Below, piece after piece: positions 27,087-37,112 of a stretch of 57,239 bases of DNA; the first letter of the stretch is position 1; the number at the start of each line of letters is the position of its first letter. The DNA comes from Candidatus Magasanikiibacteriota bacterium (lineage in GTDB: Bacteria > Patescibacteriota > Patescibacteriia > Magasanikbacterales > UBA922). The stretch spans positions 1 to 57,239 of the forward strand of contig DOMK01000006.1 of NCBI GenBank assembly GCA_003510435.1, given 5' to 3'. The position numbers were made by a program, and so were the translations under genes. The notes below the pieces were generated by a model. It was not told the DNA's origin and did not search any database. It saw nothing but the letters and a program-made list of their open reading frames with translations.

Positions 27087-29225
27087 ATGAAACTAATACT
27101 GTCTACAGGCAAGTATACCATTCTTGGGGTCATTATTTCAACCCTAGTTTTGTTATCGCTGTGGAAGCTCACAAACCCAGCCTGGTGTACTGGTTTTTAC
27201 CTCCTCTATCTCTTATTTTTTGGCTATTACCTAGGCCAGTTTTTTTTAAACAAAGAAAAACGGATTTGGCAGATATTTTGGGGTACTTTGGGTTTAGTAG
27301 GAACAATGACGATCATCTTGTCTATTATCTATTGGTTTTATCAGATTAACAGAGAGGTGATTACGTTTGTCTTGATTCTAATGCCCATTTTGATTTCTTT
27401 GCAACCAGCGCCGGAAGAAGATATTTTTTCTGGCGTAGAAACCAAAATTGATTTGGAATCTTATGCTTATATAAAATCATACTTATCTACCAAACTTTTG
27501 GCTGGAGTAATTTTGTTTGGACAACTCCTACTATTTGCTACGCTCTATGATAGAGAATATTCTGATACGATTATTTCTCCTTGGACTTTATTAGGCAATA
27601 ACTTTTTTATTGGCTTTTTTATTGTTAGCTTAATGTTATTATGGGTTTTACAAAAATCAAAACACATTCCCACTAATTTATTATTAATTACTACCCACAC
27701 AGGTTTAATTTTAAGCGTAGTTTTATTAATATTTAAATACGGCTTTGGTTTTGATCCTCATATTCACGAAGCAACGGAAAAATGGATTAGCCAAAACGGC
27801 TTTATTTTACCAAAACAACCATACTATATTGGCCAATATGTACTCGTAGTAATGAATAATGCCATTACTCATGTTTCTATTTTTACTCTAGATAAAATTT
27901 TAGTACCGGTAAGTGCTTTTCTCACCATGCCATTAGCCCTATACTTTGGTCTATCACGCAATGATTTTAAATACAAAATTTTCCCCGCTCTCGCTCTAGT
28001 ACCACTAATTCCTCTAACTTTTTTTATTGTCACCACTCCAAATAATTTTGCCCTACTCATGACCTTGCTCGTAAGTGCTTGGATTTGGTATGAAAATAAA
28101 TTTAGTTATTACAAAACAAATTTTTTAGGAATAATTTTGACTCTAACGGCCTGTGCTGTTCACGCCATGATTGGTTTGCCTTTATTAATTATTTATCTTG
28201 GTTCAATCTTATTCAAAAAATCTAATCATTCATTTAAACTAATCTTTTATCCAATTTATATTATTATTTTAAGCTTGATTGTCCCCCTAGCTCTGTATGC
28301 CAATTCTATTTTGAACAAAGGTTCAATTATTTTCCAAAATACTTTCACCCATATTTCTGATTTTCTAGTCATCTTTGCTCGCCCACACTATATCATGATT
28401 GACCGCGGACCAAATTTATTAAAACTACTCTACTATTACCGCGATGCTCTTTTACCAATCATGCTAATAATTTTATTAGCGGGAATTATTATTGCTATAA
28501 AAAAATATCACACAAAAATCACTGGCTTTTTTATTGCCACAGCTCTGGGTTTAATTATCTCGGCTTTCTTTATTATCACCACCATTCAATTCAAAGATGT
28601 AATTTCTTATGATCAAAAATTGTATGGTCAGAGATTATTAGACATGGCCTTAATTATTCTCTTGCCATTTTTTGTTTTGGCTTTACGGGAAGTTTTTATG
28701 TTAATAAAAAGCCAAGCTGGCAAACAAGTACTGGCGAGTTTGTTTTTCTCTGGTTTGCTTCTTGTGTCTTGGTTTTTCACTTATCCGACACGTGATAATA
28801 TTTCTCTCTATACTGGACAAAATATGCGCTCGGCTGATGTCCAGACTGTTCACTTTATTGCGAATAGAAACAATAATAAAACTGACTATATAGTTTTGTC
28901 TAATCAAATTATTGGCGTCACAGCCCTGCGTGAATTTGGCTTTGGACATTATATTAAGACTCCAGCTGGTGAACAATACTTTTATTCTATTCCCACTGGC
29001 GGACCATTATATCAATATTTCCGCAAAATAGTTTATGAAGAACCAAAACGAGAATGGATGGAACAAGCTATGAAATTTGCCGGCGTCAAAAAAGCTTATT
29101 TTGTTCATACCAATTATTGGGCACCCGCTGCTGAAATTCGCGACAAAGCAAAATTAGAAGCTGATGAGTGGTGGGAGTTGGTTGATGGAAGGGTTTGGGT
29201 TTTTGAATATGTATCGAAAGAATAA
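27087..29225 (+). CDS. Large polytopic membrane protein (GT-C-like candidate), divergent from the previous gene
   Basis: Many TM helices plus a C-terminal soluble domain. The track start 27069 is TTG; ATG 27087 used. Confidence 0.4.
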   Translation: MKLILSTGKYTILGVIISTLVLLSLWKLTNPAWCTGFYLLYLLFFGYYLGQFFLNKEKRIWQIFWGTLGLVGTMTIILSIIYWFYQINREVITFVLILMPILISLQPAPEEDIFSGVETKIDLESYAYIKSYLSTKLLAGVILFGQLLLFATLYDREYSDTIISPWTLLGNNFFIGFFIVSLMLLWVLQKSKHIPTNLLLITTHTGLILSVVLLIFKYGFGFDPHIHEATEKWISQNGFILPKQPYYIGQYVLVVMNNAITHVSIFTLDKILVPVSAFLTMPLALYFGLSRNDFKYKIFPALALVPLIPLTFFIVTTPNNFALLMTLLVSAWIWYENKFSYYKTNFLGIILTLTACAVHAMIGLPLLIIYLGSILFKKSNHSFKLIFYPIYIIILSLIVPLALYANSILNKGSIIFQNTFTHISDFLVIFARPHYIMIDRGPNLLKLLYYYRDALLPIMLIILLAGIIIAIKKYHTKITGFFIATALGLIISAFFIITTIQFKDVISYDQKLYGQRLLDMALIILLPFFVLALREVFMLIKSQAGKQVLASLFFSGLLLVSWFFTYPTRDNISLYTGQNMRSADVQTVHFIANRNNNKTDYIVLSNQIIGVTALREFGFGHYIKTPAGEQYFYSIPTGGPLYQYFRKIVYEEPKREWMEQAMKFAGVKKAYFVHTNYWAPAAEIRDKAKLEADEWWELVDGRVWVFEYVSKE

Positions 29226-29290
29226 GGAGTAAAGAATAAGGAGTAAGCCTGCCTGTCCAAACAAGGAATAATTTTGAATCTAAACAAATT

Positions 29291-30742
29291 ATGAAACTAG
29301 ATAATTTGGAAACATACGAGCGAGTATATAGCAGTCATTGGTTTTTGACTTCTTATAACGGAATCGGTTTTGTTTTTGATTTTCCCAAAATCGGCGGGGG
29401 GAATTTCATCAGCCAAATCATCTATAAAATGGAAAACCAAATGTGTGGATATATATTTGATAGAGAAGAATTTGAAAAAGCAGCCAATTTTACTGCAAAT
29501 AAATTAATCAACGATCTCAAATGGAGAGAGAAAACCTATCAAAAAATAAATTACTATACTAAACATTATTTTGAAGCGGGAGAAAAATTAAGAAAATCAA
29601 ATTTATCTTTATTATCTGATAAAAAAATTATCCAAATAATTAGAAAAATAATAAATTTCCAACATTATCATCAAGTGTACAGTGTTTTAGCCAATGGCAT
29701 AGTGTTAGATGGTCGCAATCACTTGTCAAACAAAATTAGGGAAGAATTAAAACGGGGTTTAAAATATCCCAAAAATTTTGAAAATTATTGGGTTTTACTG
29801 AGTCAAACAACAAAAATGAGCTTGAGACAACGCAAAGATTATGATATGGCTCTATTAGCAAAAAAAACTTCAAAACTTTCTAAATCTATTGTTGAAACTC
29901 ACCTAAAAAAATTGCACATTAAATACTGCTGGCTTGATTACAATAATATGGGGCCGGTAGCTTCCCTAAATAAATTTGAGCAAGAACTTAAAGAAGTTGT
30001 GCAAAATAAAAAAAATTTACTTATTCCAAATCAATTATTAATACTTAAAGAAAAACAAAAAAAACTTATCCGTAAATTAAAACTTGGTAACAAATTAAAA
30101 TTTTTAGTTACTTTGGCTCAAGGTGTTATTTGGCAAAAAGGATACCGCAAAGATGTACAATACCACGGATTTTATTGCTATGAAAATTTATTTCGAGAAT
30201 TGGCGAGAAGAAAAAAAGTTTTAGATTGGCAAACATTAAGTTTTCTTTTCCCTTGGGAGGTTGAAAAATATATTAAATCAAATTATCCATCTATTTTTGA
30301 ACTGAAACAAAGACGAAAATTTTCAATTTTTACAGTCACCAAGTTAGGGTTAAACATTTTATCGGGGAAAAAAGCAAAAACATTTGCTAAAAAAATTGAA
30401 TCATCTGAAGATTATTCCGATATAAAAGAAGTGAAAGGACAATGTGCCTATGTTGGAAAAGTACGTGGAAAAGTTAAGATTATTCAAATTCCGGCTGATA
30501 TGAAAAAAATGAACCAGGGTGATATTCTTATTTCCCAAGCAACTAGTCCAGATCTATTATTCGCAATGAAAAAAGCCTCGGCAATAGTCACAAACACTGG
30601 CGGTTTAATTTGCCACGCCGCTATTACTGCTCGTGAATTAAAAATTCCATGCATAGTCGGAACAGGCAACGCCACACTTATTTTCAAAGATGGTGATATG
30701 GTCGAGGTAGATGCTAACAAAGGAATAATTAATAAACTATGA
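29291..30742 (+). CDS. PEP-utilising-enzyme mobile (swivelling phosphohistidine) domain protein
   Basis: C-terminal ~90 aa match the PEP-utilising mobile domain (GDILISQATSPDLLFAMKKASAIVTNTGGLICHAAITARELKIPCIVG). The N-terminal ~390 aa are unassigned. Confidence 0.6.
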   Translation: MKLDNLETYERVYSSHWFLTSYNGIGFVFDFPKIGGGNFISQIIYKMENQMCGYIFDREEFEKAANFTANKLINDLKWREKTYQKINYYTKHYFEAGEKLRKSNLSLLSDKKIIQIIRKIINFQHYHQVYSVLANGIVLDGRNHLSNKIREELKRGLKYPKNFENYWVLLSQTTKMSLRQRKDYDMALLAKKTSKLSKSIVETHLKKLHIKYCWLDYNNMGPVASLNKFEQELKEVVQNKKNLLIPNQLLILKEKQKKLIRKLKLGNKLKFLVTLAQGVIWQKGYRKDVQYHGFYCYENLFRELARRKKVLDWQTLSFLFPWEVEKYIKSNYPSIFELKQRRKFSIFTVTKLGLNILSGKKAKTFAKKIESSEDYSDIKEVKGQCAYVGKVRGKVKIIQIPADMKKMNQGDILISQATSPDLLFAMKKASAIVTNTGGLICHAAITARELKIPCIVGTGNATLIFKDGDMVEVDANKGIINKL

Positions 30743-31395
30743 ATAAAAAAATCTACACCGAAGCATTAAGCTTGTCAATTAGAAAACTATCTAAAATTAT
30801 AAAATCGGGACATCTTCGAGGACTTGAATCAATTATCCAAGAAAATCTTTGTACTACACTAAACAAATATAATTATAATGTGGTTCGTGAAAAACCTTTG
30901 AGTGAATTAGGTGGAAAAAATCTCTGGGACAACTCTGGGAATCCAAGAATTGATATTGTCCTAGACAACAACCACGCAATTGAGCTAAAAGTTATTCGCC
31001 TTCCAAATAAAGATCACACTAGCCCTAATCAAAGACTCTACGACATTGGACAAATTTCATCTGATTATTGGAGACTTAAACAGGCAAAAGCAGTAACAAA
31101 AGCCGAGCTTGGTATCCTACTTTGTGGACCACTAGTAATGGACTTACAAACTCCAACTTCTATTGTACGAGAATTCCACAATAGAATGTTCCTTGATTTT
31201 ACTATCAGTAAAAAATATGGGGAACTTCATAAAGAACTAAAAGAACCATCATCATCAATGTATGAACAACGCAAATTACAACTTATCGCAATTAAAGAAA
31301 TGGGATTTGATAAACCATTTATCAAACTTCCAAACGAATGGTTTGTTGTAGTTAAGGAAGGATTTGCTTATGTATCAATACCAATTAACAAATAA
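30739..31395 (+). CDS. PD-(D/E)XK-like nuclease-fold protein (hypothetical)
   Basis: E…(RIDIVLDNNHAIELKV) arrangement consistent with an E-D-ExK motif. Start overlaps the upstream stop by 4 nt (ATGA), implying translational coupling. Confidence 0.4.
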   Translation: MNKKIYTEALSLSIRKLSKIIKSGHLRGLESIIQENLCTTLNKYNYNVVREKPLSELGGKNLWDNSGNPRIDIVLDNNHAIELKVIRLPNKDHTSPNQRLYDIGQISSDYWRLKQAKAVTKAELGILLCGPLVMDLQTPTSIVREFHNRMFLDFTISKKYGELHKELKEPSSSMYEQRKLQLIAIKEMGFDKPFIKLPNEWFVVVKEGFAYVSIPINK

Positions 31396-31402
31396 ATAAA
31401 CT

Positions 31403-33208
31403 ATGAAAAATAAAATCATTCTTATTACTTTACTAATTTTGGCAATTATAATAATTACCACAACTATTTTATTGCAAAAAAATAATAAAGCTAATGAAAT
31501 TATTAAAAATAATGTTGAATCCCCTATTACAAAAAATTCTGACTGGCAAACATATGCAAATAAAGATTATGGTTTTGAAATAAAATATCCAGCCGATTGG
31601 ACAGTAAAATATGATGGACAAAATGTTTCGTTTTCACCAAAAGATAAAGAGACAACGGAAATTAGTATTTTTATTCCAACTCCTGGATTTTTCAATTGCC
31701 CAGCCACTGGAGAAGGTGGAAAGACTGTCCCTTATGGAAGCGCTATATGTATTGATGGTCAAACCAATGCCCTAGTGACAGATCAAACATCCACTATCAT
31801 ACCAAACATACAGGAAACCATGCTCAGTGGAAAAACTACTCAATTCTGTCCCCCACCACAAAGACAGGACAAGGAAATTTTCTTTTGTGAAGGAACTATG
31901 TATTTACGCTTTTACACCACCAACGAACAAGAAGAAATATTTAATATCATGCTGTCTACACTTAGTTTTAATACCCAATTATCAAATACCACATCAACAA
32001 AGACAGTAAACTATACCACTAGCTATCTGCCAAAAGATTGGATTATTGAAGATAATATTTTTTATAGTCCAATAACATATGGATCAAGAGAAGGTGGAGT
32101 ATATAGTCTGTATATAAATATTAATAGTGAATTCTCCAGTATAAATGATTATGTAAAAAATAAACCAGCTTGCATAAAAGATAAAAAAGACTTATTAATA
32201 AATAATTATCCAGCCATAAATTTTATTAATGAATGCTATGCCCTCAAACCAAAAATAACCATGGTGCAAATTGATAATAATTTGGTTGAAGCTTTTAGTT
32301 ATTCTTCATCTGATGAATCAGTTGAAATTGAAAAAATTCTAGGCTCATTAAAAATTACACCTACTGACGATATTACCAATGTTGAATGGCAAACCTATAA
32401 AAATACAGATTATGCGTTTGAAATTAGTATTCCTAAAACATGGAGTGTAATACCACAGGATAGTAATTTCTGGCTTAATCCTGATGTCCCTGGACCTCGT
32501 GATTCTTTCTATGCACCAATTAATCTGATAGTAAGAGAAAACAATGATAATTTATCAATTAAAGATTGGTTTTTAAAAACCTGGCCACAGGAAAAAAAAG
32601 GCGCTGATAATCTTACCCCACTAATAATAAATAATAGTGAAGAAGCAAAAAAGCGTCCACTAGATATGGGATCAAATGATAAAATATATACCTATTTTAT
32701 AAAGAAAGATAATAAAATTTTTGAATTTGGTTTGATGGATGCACAAGAAGATATAACTAATGCCAATGAAATGATGAGAGCAATTGTAAATTCATTTAAA
32801 TTTTTATCAGATACAACCAGCACCACTCCTGATGATAAAGGTAGTATTGAAGTGGTTGGTGGTTATAGTTATTATCTTACAACAGATGTTTCGGTGGCAC
32901 CTTACAAAATTACTGCTTTAAACAAAGTTTGTTTTGAACCAGCCCAATTGGAAACAATAAATCGTGGTAATATGTTTTGTTTCAAAAACACAGACCAAGC
33001 CTTAAATATTTTGAATATTAAAAACATTGATAATACTTGTAAAAAATATTGGGGTACAGCCAAAATTAAAATAAAAAATTTTACCAACAAAAATTTAACT
33101 TTTTCTAAAGGTGATCCTTGTGTTGATAGAGGCGATTGTGAATTTAATGAAGCGGAATTAGTTGGGGTAGTTGAAACTTATGAAGATAGTCCTCAGTGTG
33201 AAAAATAA
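31403..33208 (+). CDS. Exported/membrane-anchored repeat protein (hypothetical)
   Basis: N-terminal TM/signal anchor. Two copies of an internal ~40-aa repeat (WQTYANKDYGFEIKYPADWTV / VEWQTYKNTDYAFEISIPKTWSV). Cys-rich C-terminus. Confidence 0.4.
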   Translation: MKNKIILITLLILAIIIITTTILLQKNNKANEIIKNNVESPITKNSDWQTYANKDYGFEIKYPADWTVKYDGQNVSFSPKDKETTEISIFIPTPGFFNCPATGEGGKTVPYGSAICIDGQTNALVTDQTSTIIPNIQETMLSGKTTQFCPPPQRQDKEIFFCEGTMYLRFYTTNEQEEIFNIMLSTLSFNTQLSNTTSTKTVNYTTSYLPKDWIIEDNIFYSPITYGSREGGVYSLYININSEFSSINDYVKNKPACIKDKKDLLINNYPAINFINECYALKPKITMVQIDNNLVEAFSYSSSDESVEIEKILGSLKITPTDDITNVEWQTYKNTDYAFEISIPKTWSVIPQDSNFWLNPDVPGPRDSFYAPINLIVRENNDNLSIKDWFLKTWPQEKKGADNLTPLIINNSEEAKKRPLDMGSNDKIYTYFIKKDNKIFEFGLMDAQEDITNANEMMRAIVNSFKFLSDTTSTTPDDKGSIEVVGGYSYYLTTDVSVAPYKITALNKVCFEPAQLETINRGNMFCFKNTDQALNILNIKNIDNTCKKYWGTAKIKIKNFTNKNLTFSKGDPCVDRGDCEFNEAELVGVVETYEDSPQCEK

Positions 33209-33361
33209 AACTAGAAGCTAGTGAATAATGAAATTTAATGTATGGAATAATTGGTTATATAAATATTTGCTAAAATATAAATTTTTTGTTAAGATAAACA
33301 CATACTAACAATATTTTCAAGACTGGTAACAATCCAGTAATAATATTTAATAATTCAAAAT

Positions 33362-33607
33362 ATGCCAAATGATGACACAACAACAGCAAATCAGGAATTT
33401 CAGAGACGTCTTCAACAAGAAGCCAAAAGATTTAGTGAGTCAAGTCATGGTTGTCTAGAAGACACAGTTGATTATCTACTAGCCTGGGCTAGAGAAAATT
33501 CGCCTACCCAAGAATATGATGAACTAGTCCTAAGATCTGTAGCAGAGAATATATGCGAAGATTTACAAATACCACGGAGATTAGAGATAACGGGAGGAAG
33601 AAGATAA
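33362..33607 (+). CDS. Small acidic hypothetical protein (81 aa)
   Basis: ATG ORF with a TTGCTA-N17-TAAGAT promoter-like signal upstream and an ACACC-loop-GGTGT+T-run terminator at 33623-33645. Confidence 0.35.
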   Translation: MPNDDTTTANQEFQRRLQQEAKRFSESSHGCLEDTVDYLLAWARENSPTQEYDELVLRSVAENICEDLQIPRRLEITGGRR

Positions 33608-33620
33608 AAAAATTAAACAA

Positions 33621-33645
33621 AAAACACCCTCACCGGTGTTTTTTT
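33621..33645 (+). terminator. Rho-independent terminator (ACACC-loop-GGTGT + T-run)
   Basis: aaaACACCctcaccGGTGTttttttt. Confidence 0.6.
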
Positions 33646-33679
33646 GTTTAAATGTTTATGTGTTTAAATATACTATGTC

Positions 33680-34873
33680 TTAAATCATACGCCTTACAGC
33701 TTCACTCAACTCATCAACATTCCCCGCCTCCACCAATTCCACATTTTTAATTCCACCAAAAATTTCCTTTACACCACCAGTATCAGAAGCAATCACACGC
33801 AAACCATGATGCAAGGCTTCGTGAATAACAGTTGGATTATTTTCTATACAAATAGACGGAAAAATTAAAACATCACATTCATTGTAAATTTCTTCTAACT
33901 TTTCTCCTTCTAGTCGACCGTGAACAATTACATTATTTTTATCTTTTGCCCATTCTTTCACTTCTTGATGCAAAATGCCATCACCCACGATATGCAATAT
34001 TACGTCATCCTGAGCGGAATGAGGAGCGGTAGCGACGAGTGCAGTCGAAGGATCCCCTTGTAAGTGAATCAAATCTGGGGATTCCTGACCCACTTCGTCG
34101 TGGGATTCGGAATTAACTTGATCCCAAGCCTGCATCAAAACACGGACACCTTTATGCTCCACCAAACTACCAACAAATAAAAATTTGATATTTGAATCTG
34201 AAATCACTTTCGGGTTATGGGTTATGCCTGCCTGCCGATGAGGCAGGGGTTTGGGATTTTCCAATACATAATTACTATACACAAAAAAATTTCTTTTTCT
34301 ATAAAACTCCCACAAAAACTTAGTCGGAGATATTACCTCATCCACATTTCTAAATTTTCTTTTCATTATCCACGAATATATTTTTTGCGCCAAATTATCT
34401 TTTTCATGATTCCACACCAACACCCCAGATGACTCAACTAACTGTACATCATGAATATAATGTCTCCAGTTAATTCCTAATTCTTTATTCCTTATTCCTA
34501 AACAATATCCTATTCCCATCAGATTGTGTGTTTCTACTAAATCTGGTTTTTCACTTTTCAAAATATTGTGAATAATCCGCCCGCTCCAACCATTAAAAAT
34601 ATCAATAAAATGCCAAATTAATTTCAAAACAAAATTATGTTTGGACAAATTTTTATAAGAAAAAATATTTGGTACCCAAAAACGATAAATATTTATACCA
34701 TCTTCAAAACTCTTTACTGGACACCAAGAACCCCAACCTGACCATGGTCGCCAAGTGATTACCACTACATCATTACCACCGTCAACCAATTCTCTAGCTC
34801 GCCTTTCTACCACTCTCTCGGCTCCACCCACAGCATAGGGTTTGTATAAATTGTTTATTAAAACGACTTTCAT
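33680..34873 (-). CDS. Glycosyltransferase family 4 carrying an in-frame repeat-element insertion
   Basis: GT4 C-terminal motifs (…IHEALHHGLRVIASDTGG…). A 37-aa segment (NSESHDEVGQESPDLIHLQGDPSTALVATAPHSAQDD) is encoded by a GC-rich repeat element at 34004-34115. Confidence 0.7.
   Translation of the reverse strand: MKVVLINNLYKPYAVGGAERVVERRARELVDGGNDVVVITWRPWSGWGSWCPVKSFEDGINIYRFWVPNIFSYKNLSKHNFVLKLIWHFIDIFNGWSGRIIHNILKSEKPDLVETHNLMGIGYCLGIRNKELGINWRHYIHDVQLVESSGVLVWNHEKDNLAQKIYSWIMKRKFRNVDEVISPTKFLWEFYRKRNFFVYSNYVLENPKPLPHRQAGITHNPKVISDSNIKFLFVGSLVEHKGVRVLMQAWDQVNSESHDEVGQESPDLIHLQGDPSTALVATAPHSAQDDVILHIVGDGILHQEVKEWAKDKNNVIVHGRLEGEKLEEIYNECDVLIFPSICIENNPTVIHEALHHGLRVIASDTGGVKEIFGGIKNVELVEAGNVDELSEAVRRMI
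34004..34115. repeat. Family-A element inserted in frame (111 bp) in the GT4 gene
   Basis: gtcatcctgagcggaatgaggagcggtagcgacgagtgcagtcgaaggatcccc…ggggattcctgacCCACttcgtcGTGGgattcggaatt. No stop codons in the gene's frame. Confidence 0.8.
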
Positions 34874-34880
34874 TTTTCAC

Positions 34881-34937
34881 AATCCCGAATCCACCGTAGT
34901 CCGCCAGCTGGCGGACGAAGGTGGAGAGGGATCCCTT
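34881..34937. repeat. Family-A left-arm solo copy directly upstream of the GT4 start
   Basis: aatcccgaatCCACCgtagtCCGCCagctgGCGGacgaaGGTGGagagggatccctt. Confidence 0.65.
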
Positions 34938-35180
34938 GTTATATATTTAAACTACGCTTTAGATTATACCTTTACACAACACTTTTTTCAAATTTATACC
35001 CCGAAGCCTTGGCGAAGGGGTACAAAAAATCCCAATTTGCACTAACCTCCTCAGTTTATCTCCAATACTTGGAAACAAACTGAGCGGTGCAAACTGGGAT
35101 GATCTTGTCCCCTTAAATTTGTCCGCTCCTAAAGATCCCAATGGGATTGCCCTCCTTGACAGTGAAAAGTCAGGGGTCTC

Positions 35181-35360
35181 TCACATTTCGTGACCGAGAG
35201 AATCTCTGGCCACGCGAGTCTGAAGGCTGTCCGCCTTCTTCTGCTTCGCGGCCTTGATCTCGGCCGCCCTTGCCTGTTTTGCCCTCTGCCGAGCCGAGGA
35301 GGGGGATTTGTACTTCCCATATCCCACCACGCCCGACTTCTTAGCCCCCTTCATACCCAT
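35181..35360 (-). CDS. Small Lys/Ala-rich basic ORF (~59 aa) in a high-GC island; could instead be a structured RNA
   Basis: ATG 35360 preceded by GGGGTG. GC ~58% in an AT-rich genome. TTGACA on the same strand ~55 nt upstream. The track start 35432 is GTG. Confidence 0.25.
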   Translation of the reverse strand: MGMKGAKKSGVVGYGKYKSPSSARQRAKQARAAEIKAAKQKKADSLQTRVARDSLGHEM

Positions 35361-35511
35361 AGACACCCCTGTGAGAAAATTCACAACAATATTCAACCAT
35401 AAAACTATCTCTCTTGTCAACAATTTCCCCACATTTCACCCACATATCACTATTTTTAACAGTTGATAAAAAACAGCAAATAGGCTAATATACTCATTAC
35501 CAAACAAAGAT

Positions 35512-35544
35512 ATCCGTAAATCCGGATTATCAGTAAATCAGTAG
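35512..35544 (+). promoter_or_regulatory. Conserved upstream motif ATCCGGATTATCWGTAAATCAGTAG ending 2 nt before the dnaB ATG
   Basis: atccgtaaATCCGGATtatcagtaaatcagtag-ct-ATG. 24/25 identical to the motif upstream of gene 44504..44860. Confidence 0.55.
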
Positions 35545-35546
35545 CT

Positions 35547-36980
35547 ATGCCTGATATCACCGAACTAGAAAAAATTCCCCCACAAAACCTAGAAGCCGAG
35601 ATGTCTCTTCTCGGTTCTATTTTGCTTGATAAAGATGCCATGCTGAAAATTGCGGACATGATTGACACGGATGATTTTTATAAAAATGCGCATGCGGATA
35701 TTTTTTCTGTCATGTCTGAATTGTATAATAAAAATGAACCAGTAGATGTCCTGACTCTGGGTAATAGGTTGGAAGAAATAAATAAATTAGAAAAAGTTGG
35801 CGGACGAACTTATTTGATTGCCCTATCCAATGCTGTCCCGACTGCTTCGCATATAGAACAATACGCGAAAATCATTCGCAGAAAATCTACTCTACGCAAA
35901 CTCCTACATGCTTCACATGAAATCACTCGTCTTGGTTATCAAGAAGAAACTGAGAGTGTGGAAGATTTGTTAGATGAAGCTCAACAACATCTCTATGGCG
36001 TTACGCAAAAACATCTCAAACAAACTTTTTCTCCGATTCGAGAAGTTTTGAATAATGCTTTTGAACGCATTGACGAACTCCATCGCGAAAAGGGCAAACT
36101 CCGCGGTCTGCCAACCGGCTTTACTCAACTAGATAATCTTTTGGCTGGTTTGCAAAAATCTGATTTGATTATCTTGGCCGCTCGTCCTTCGGTTGGTAAA
36201 ACTTCCCTGGCTCTAGATATTGCCCGTAATGTGGCTGTCCGGGGCAAAGCTTCAGTTGGAATTTTTTCTTTGGAAATGAGCAAAGAACAACTTGTGGACA
36301 GAATGCTCTGTGCTGAAGCTGGAGTTGATCTTTGGAAAATGCGGACTGGCAATCTATCTGATCGTCCTGACAGTCAAGATTTTCCGCGCATTGGCCATGC
36401 CATGGGTGTTTTATCAGAAGCCAAGATCTATATTGATGACCAACCGGGCAATAATGTCATGCAAATCCGCACCAAAGCCAGACGTTTGCAAGCTGAACAT
36501 GGATTAGATTTGATTGTGATTGACTATTTGCAACTGATGGAATCACATAATCCAAAAAGAAACAGTGATAACCGTGTGCAAGAAGTCGCTGAGATGTCGA
36601 GAAATTTAAAAGGCATTGCTCGTGAACTCAATATTCCGGTTTTAGCCTTATCACAATTGTCCCGTGGTGTAGAAGCGCGTAAACCAGCTATTCCAAAATT
36701 ATCCGACTTGCGTGAATCTGGTTCTATTGAGCAAGATGCGGATGTGGTTATGTTTATTTATCGCAAAATGGCTGACAGAAATTATCGGGAAGAAGATATA
36801 CCGCCTGATGAAAGACAGATCGCCGAAATTTATATATCCAAACACAGAAATGGTCCGACTGGTATGATGAAAATGTTCTTTAAAGCGGAAAATGCTAGTT
36901 TCAAAAATCTTGATACTGATTTTGTGGCCGCTCCTCCCCCACCACCAACAAAAGCAATACCTAATATACCAAAATTTTAA
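35547..36980 (+). CDS. dnaB: Replicative DNA helicase
   Basis: Full DnaB N- and C-domains; Walker A (ARPSVGKTSLAL), Walker B (LIVIDYLQLM). Confidence 0.95.
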   Translation: MPDITELEKIPPQNLEAEMSLLGSILLDKDAMLKIADMIDTDDFYKNAHADIFSVMSELYNKNEPVDVLTLGNRLEEINKLEKVGGRTYLIALSNAVPTASHIEQYAKIIRRKSTLRKLLHASHEITRLGYQEETESVEDLLDEAQQHLYGVTQKHLKQTFSPIREVLNNAFERIDELHREKGKLRGLPTGFTQLDNLLAGLQKSDLIILAARPSVGKTSLALDIARNVAVRGKASVGIFSLEMSKEQLVDRMLCAEAGVDLWKMRTGNLSDRPDSQDFPRIGHAMGVLSEAKIYIDDQPGNNVMQIRTKARRLQAEHGLDLIVIDYLQLMESHNPKRNSDNRVQEVAEMSRNLKGIARELNIPVLALSQLSRGVEARKPAIPKLSDLRESGSIEQDADVVMFIYRKMADRNYREEDIPPDERQIAEIYISKHRNGPTGMMKMFFKAENASFKNLDTDFVAAPPPPPTKAIPNIPKF

Positions 36981-36989
36981 TTATTCAAA

Positions 36990-37112
36990 ATACTAATATA
37001 CAAATTTTACAAATTATACTAATGCTATACTAATACACTTTGTCACTGCACATTTGTATAGCATTTGTATTATTAGTATTAATTTGTATATTAGTATCAT
37101 AACTATTAGTAT
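36990..37112. promoter_or_regulatory. Dyad-symmetric array of TACTAATA / TATTAGTA units ending at the ybaB ATG
   Basis: …tatactaatgctatactaata…gtattattagtattaatttgtatattagtatcataactattagtat-ATG. Three direct ATTAGTA units, the last touching the start codon. Confidence 0.45.
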
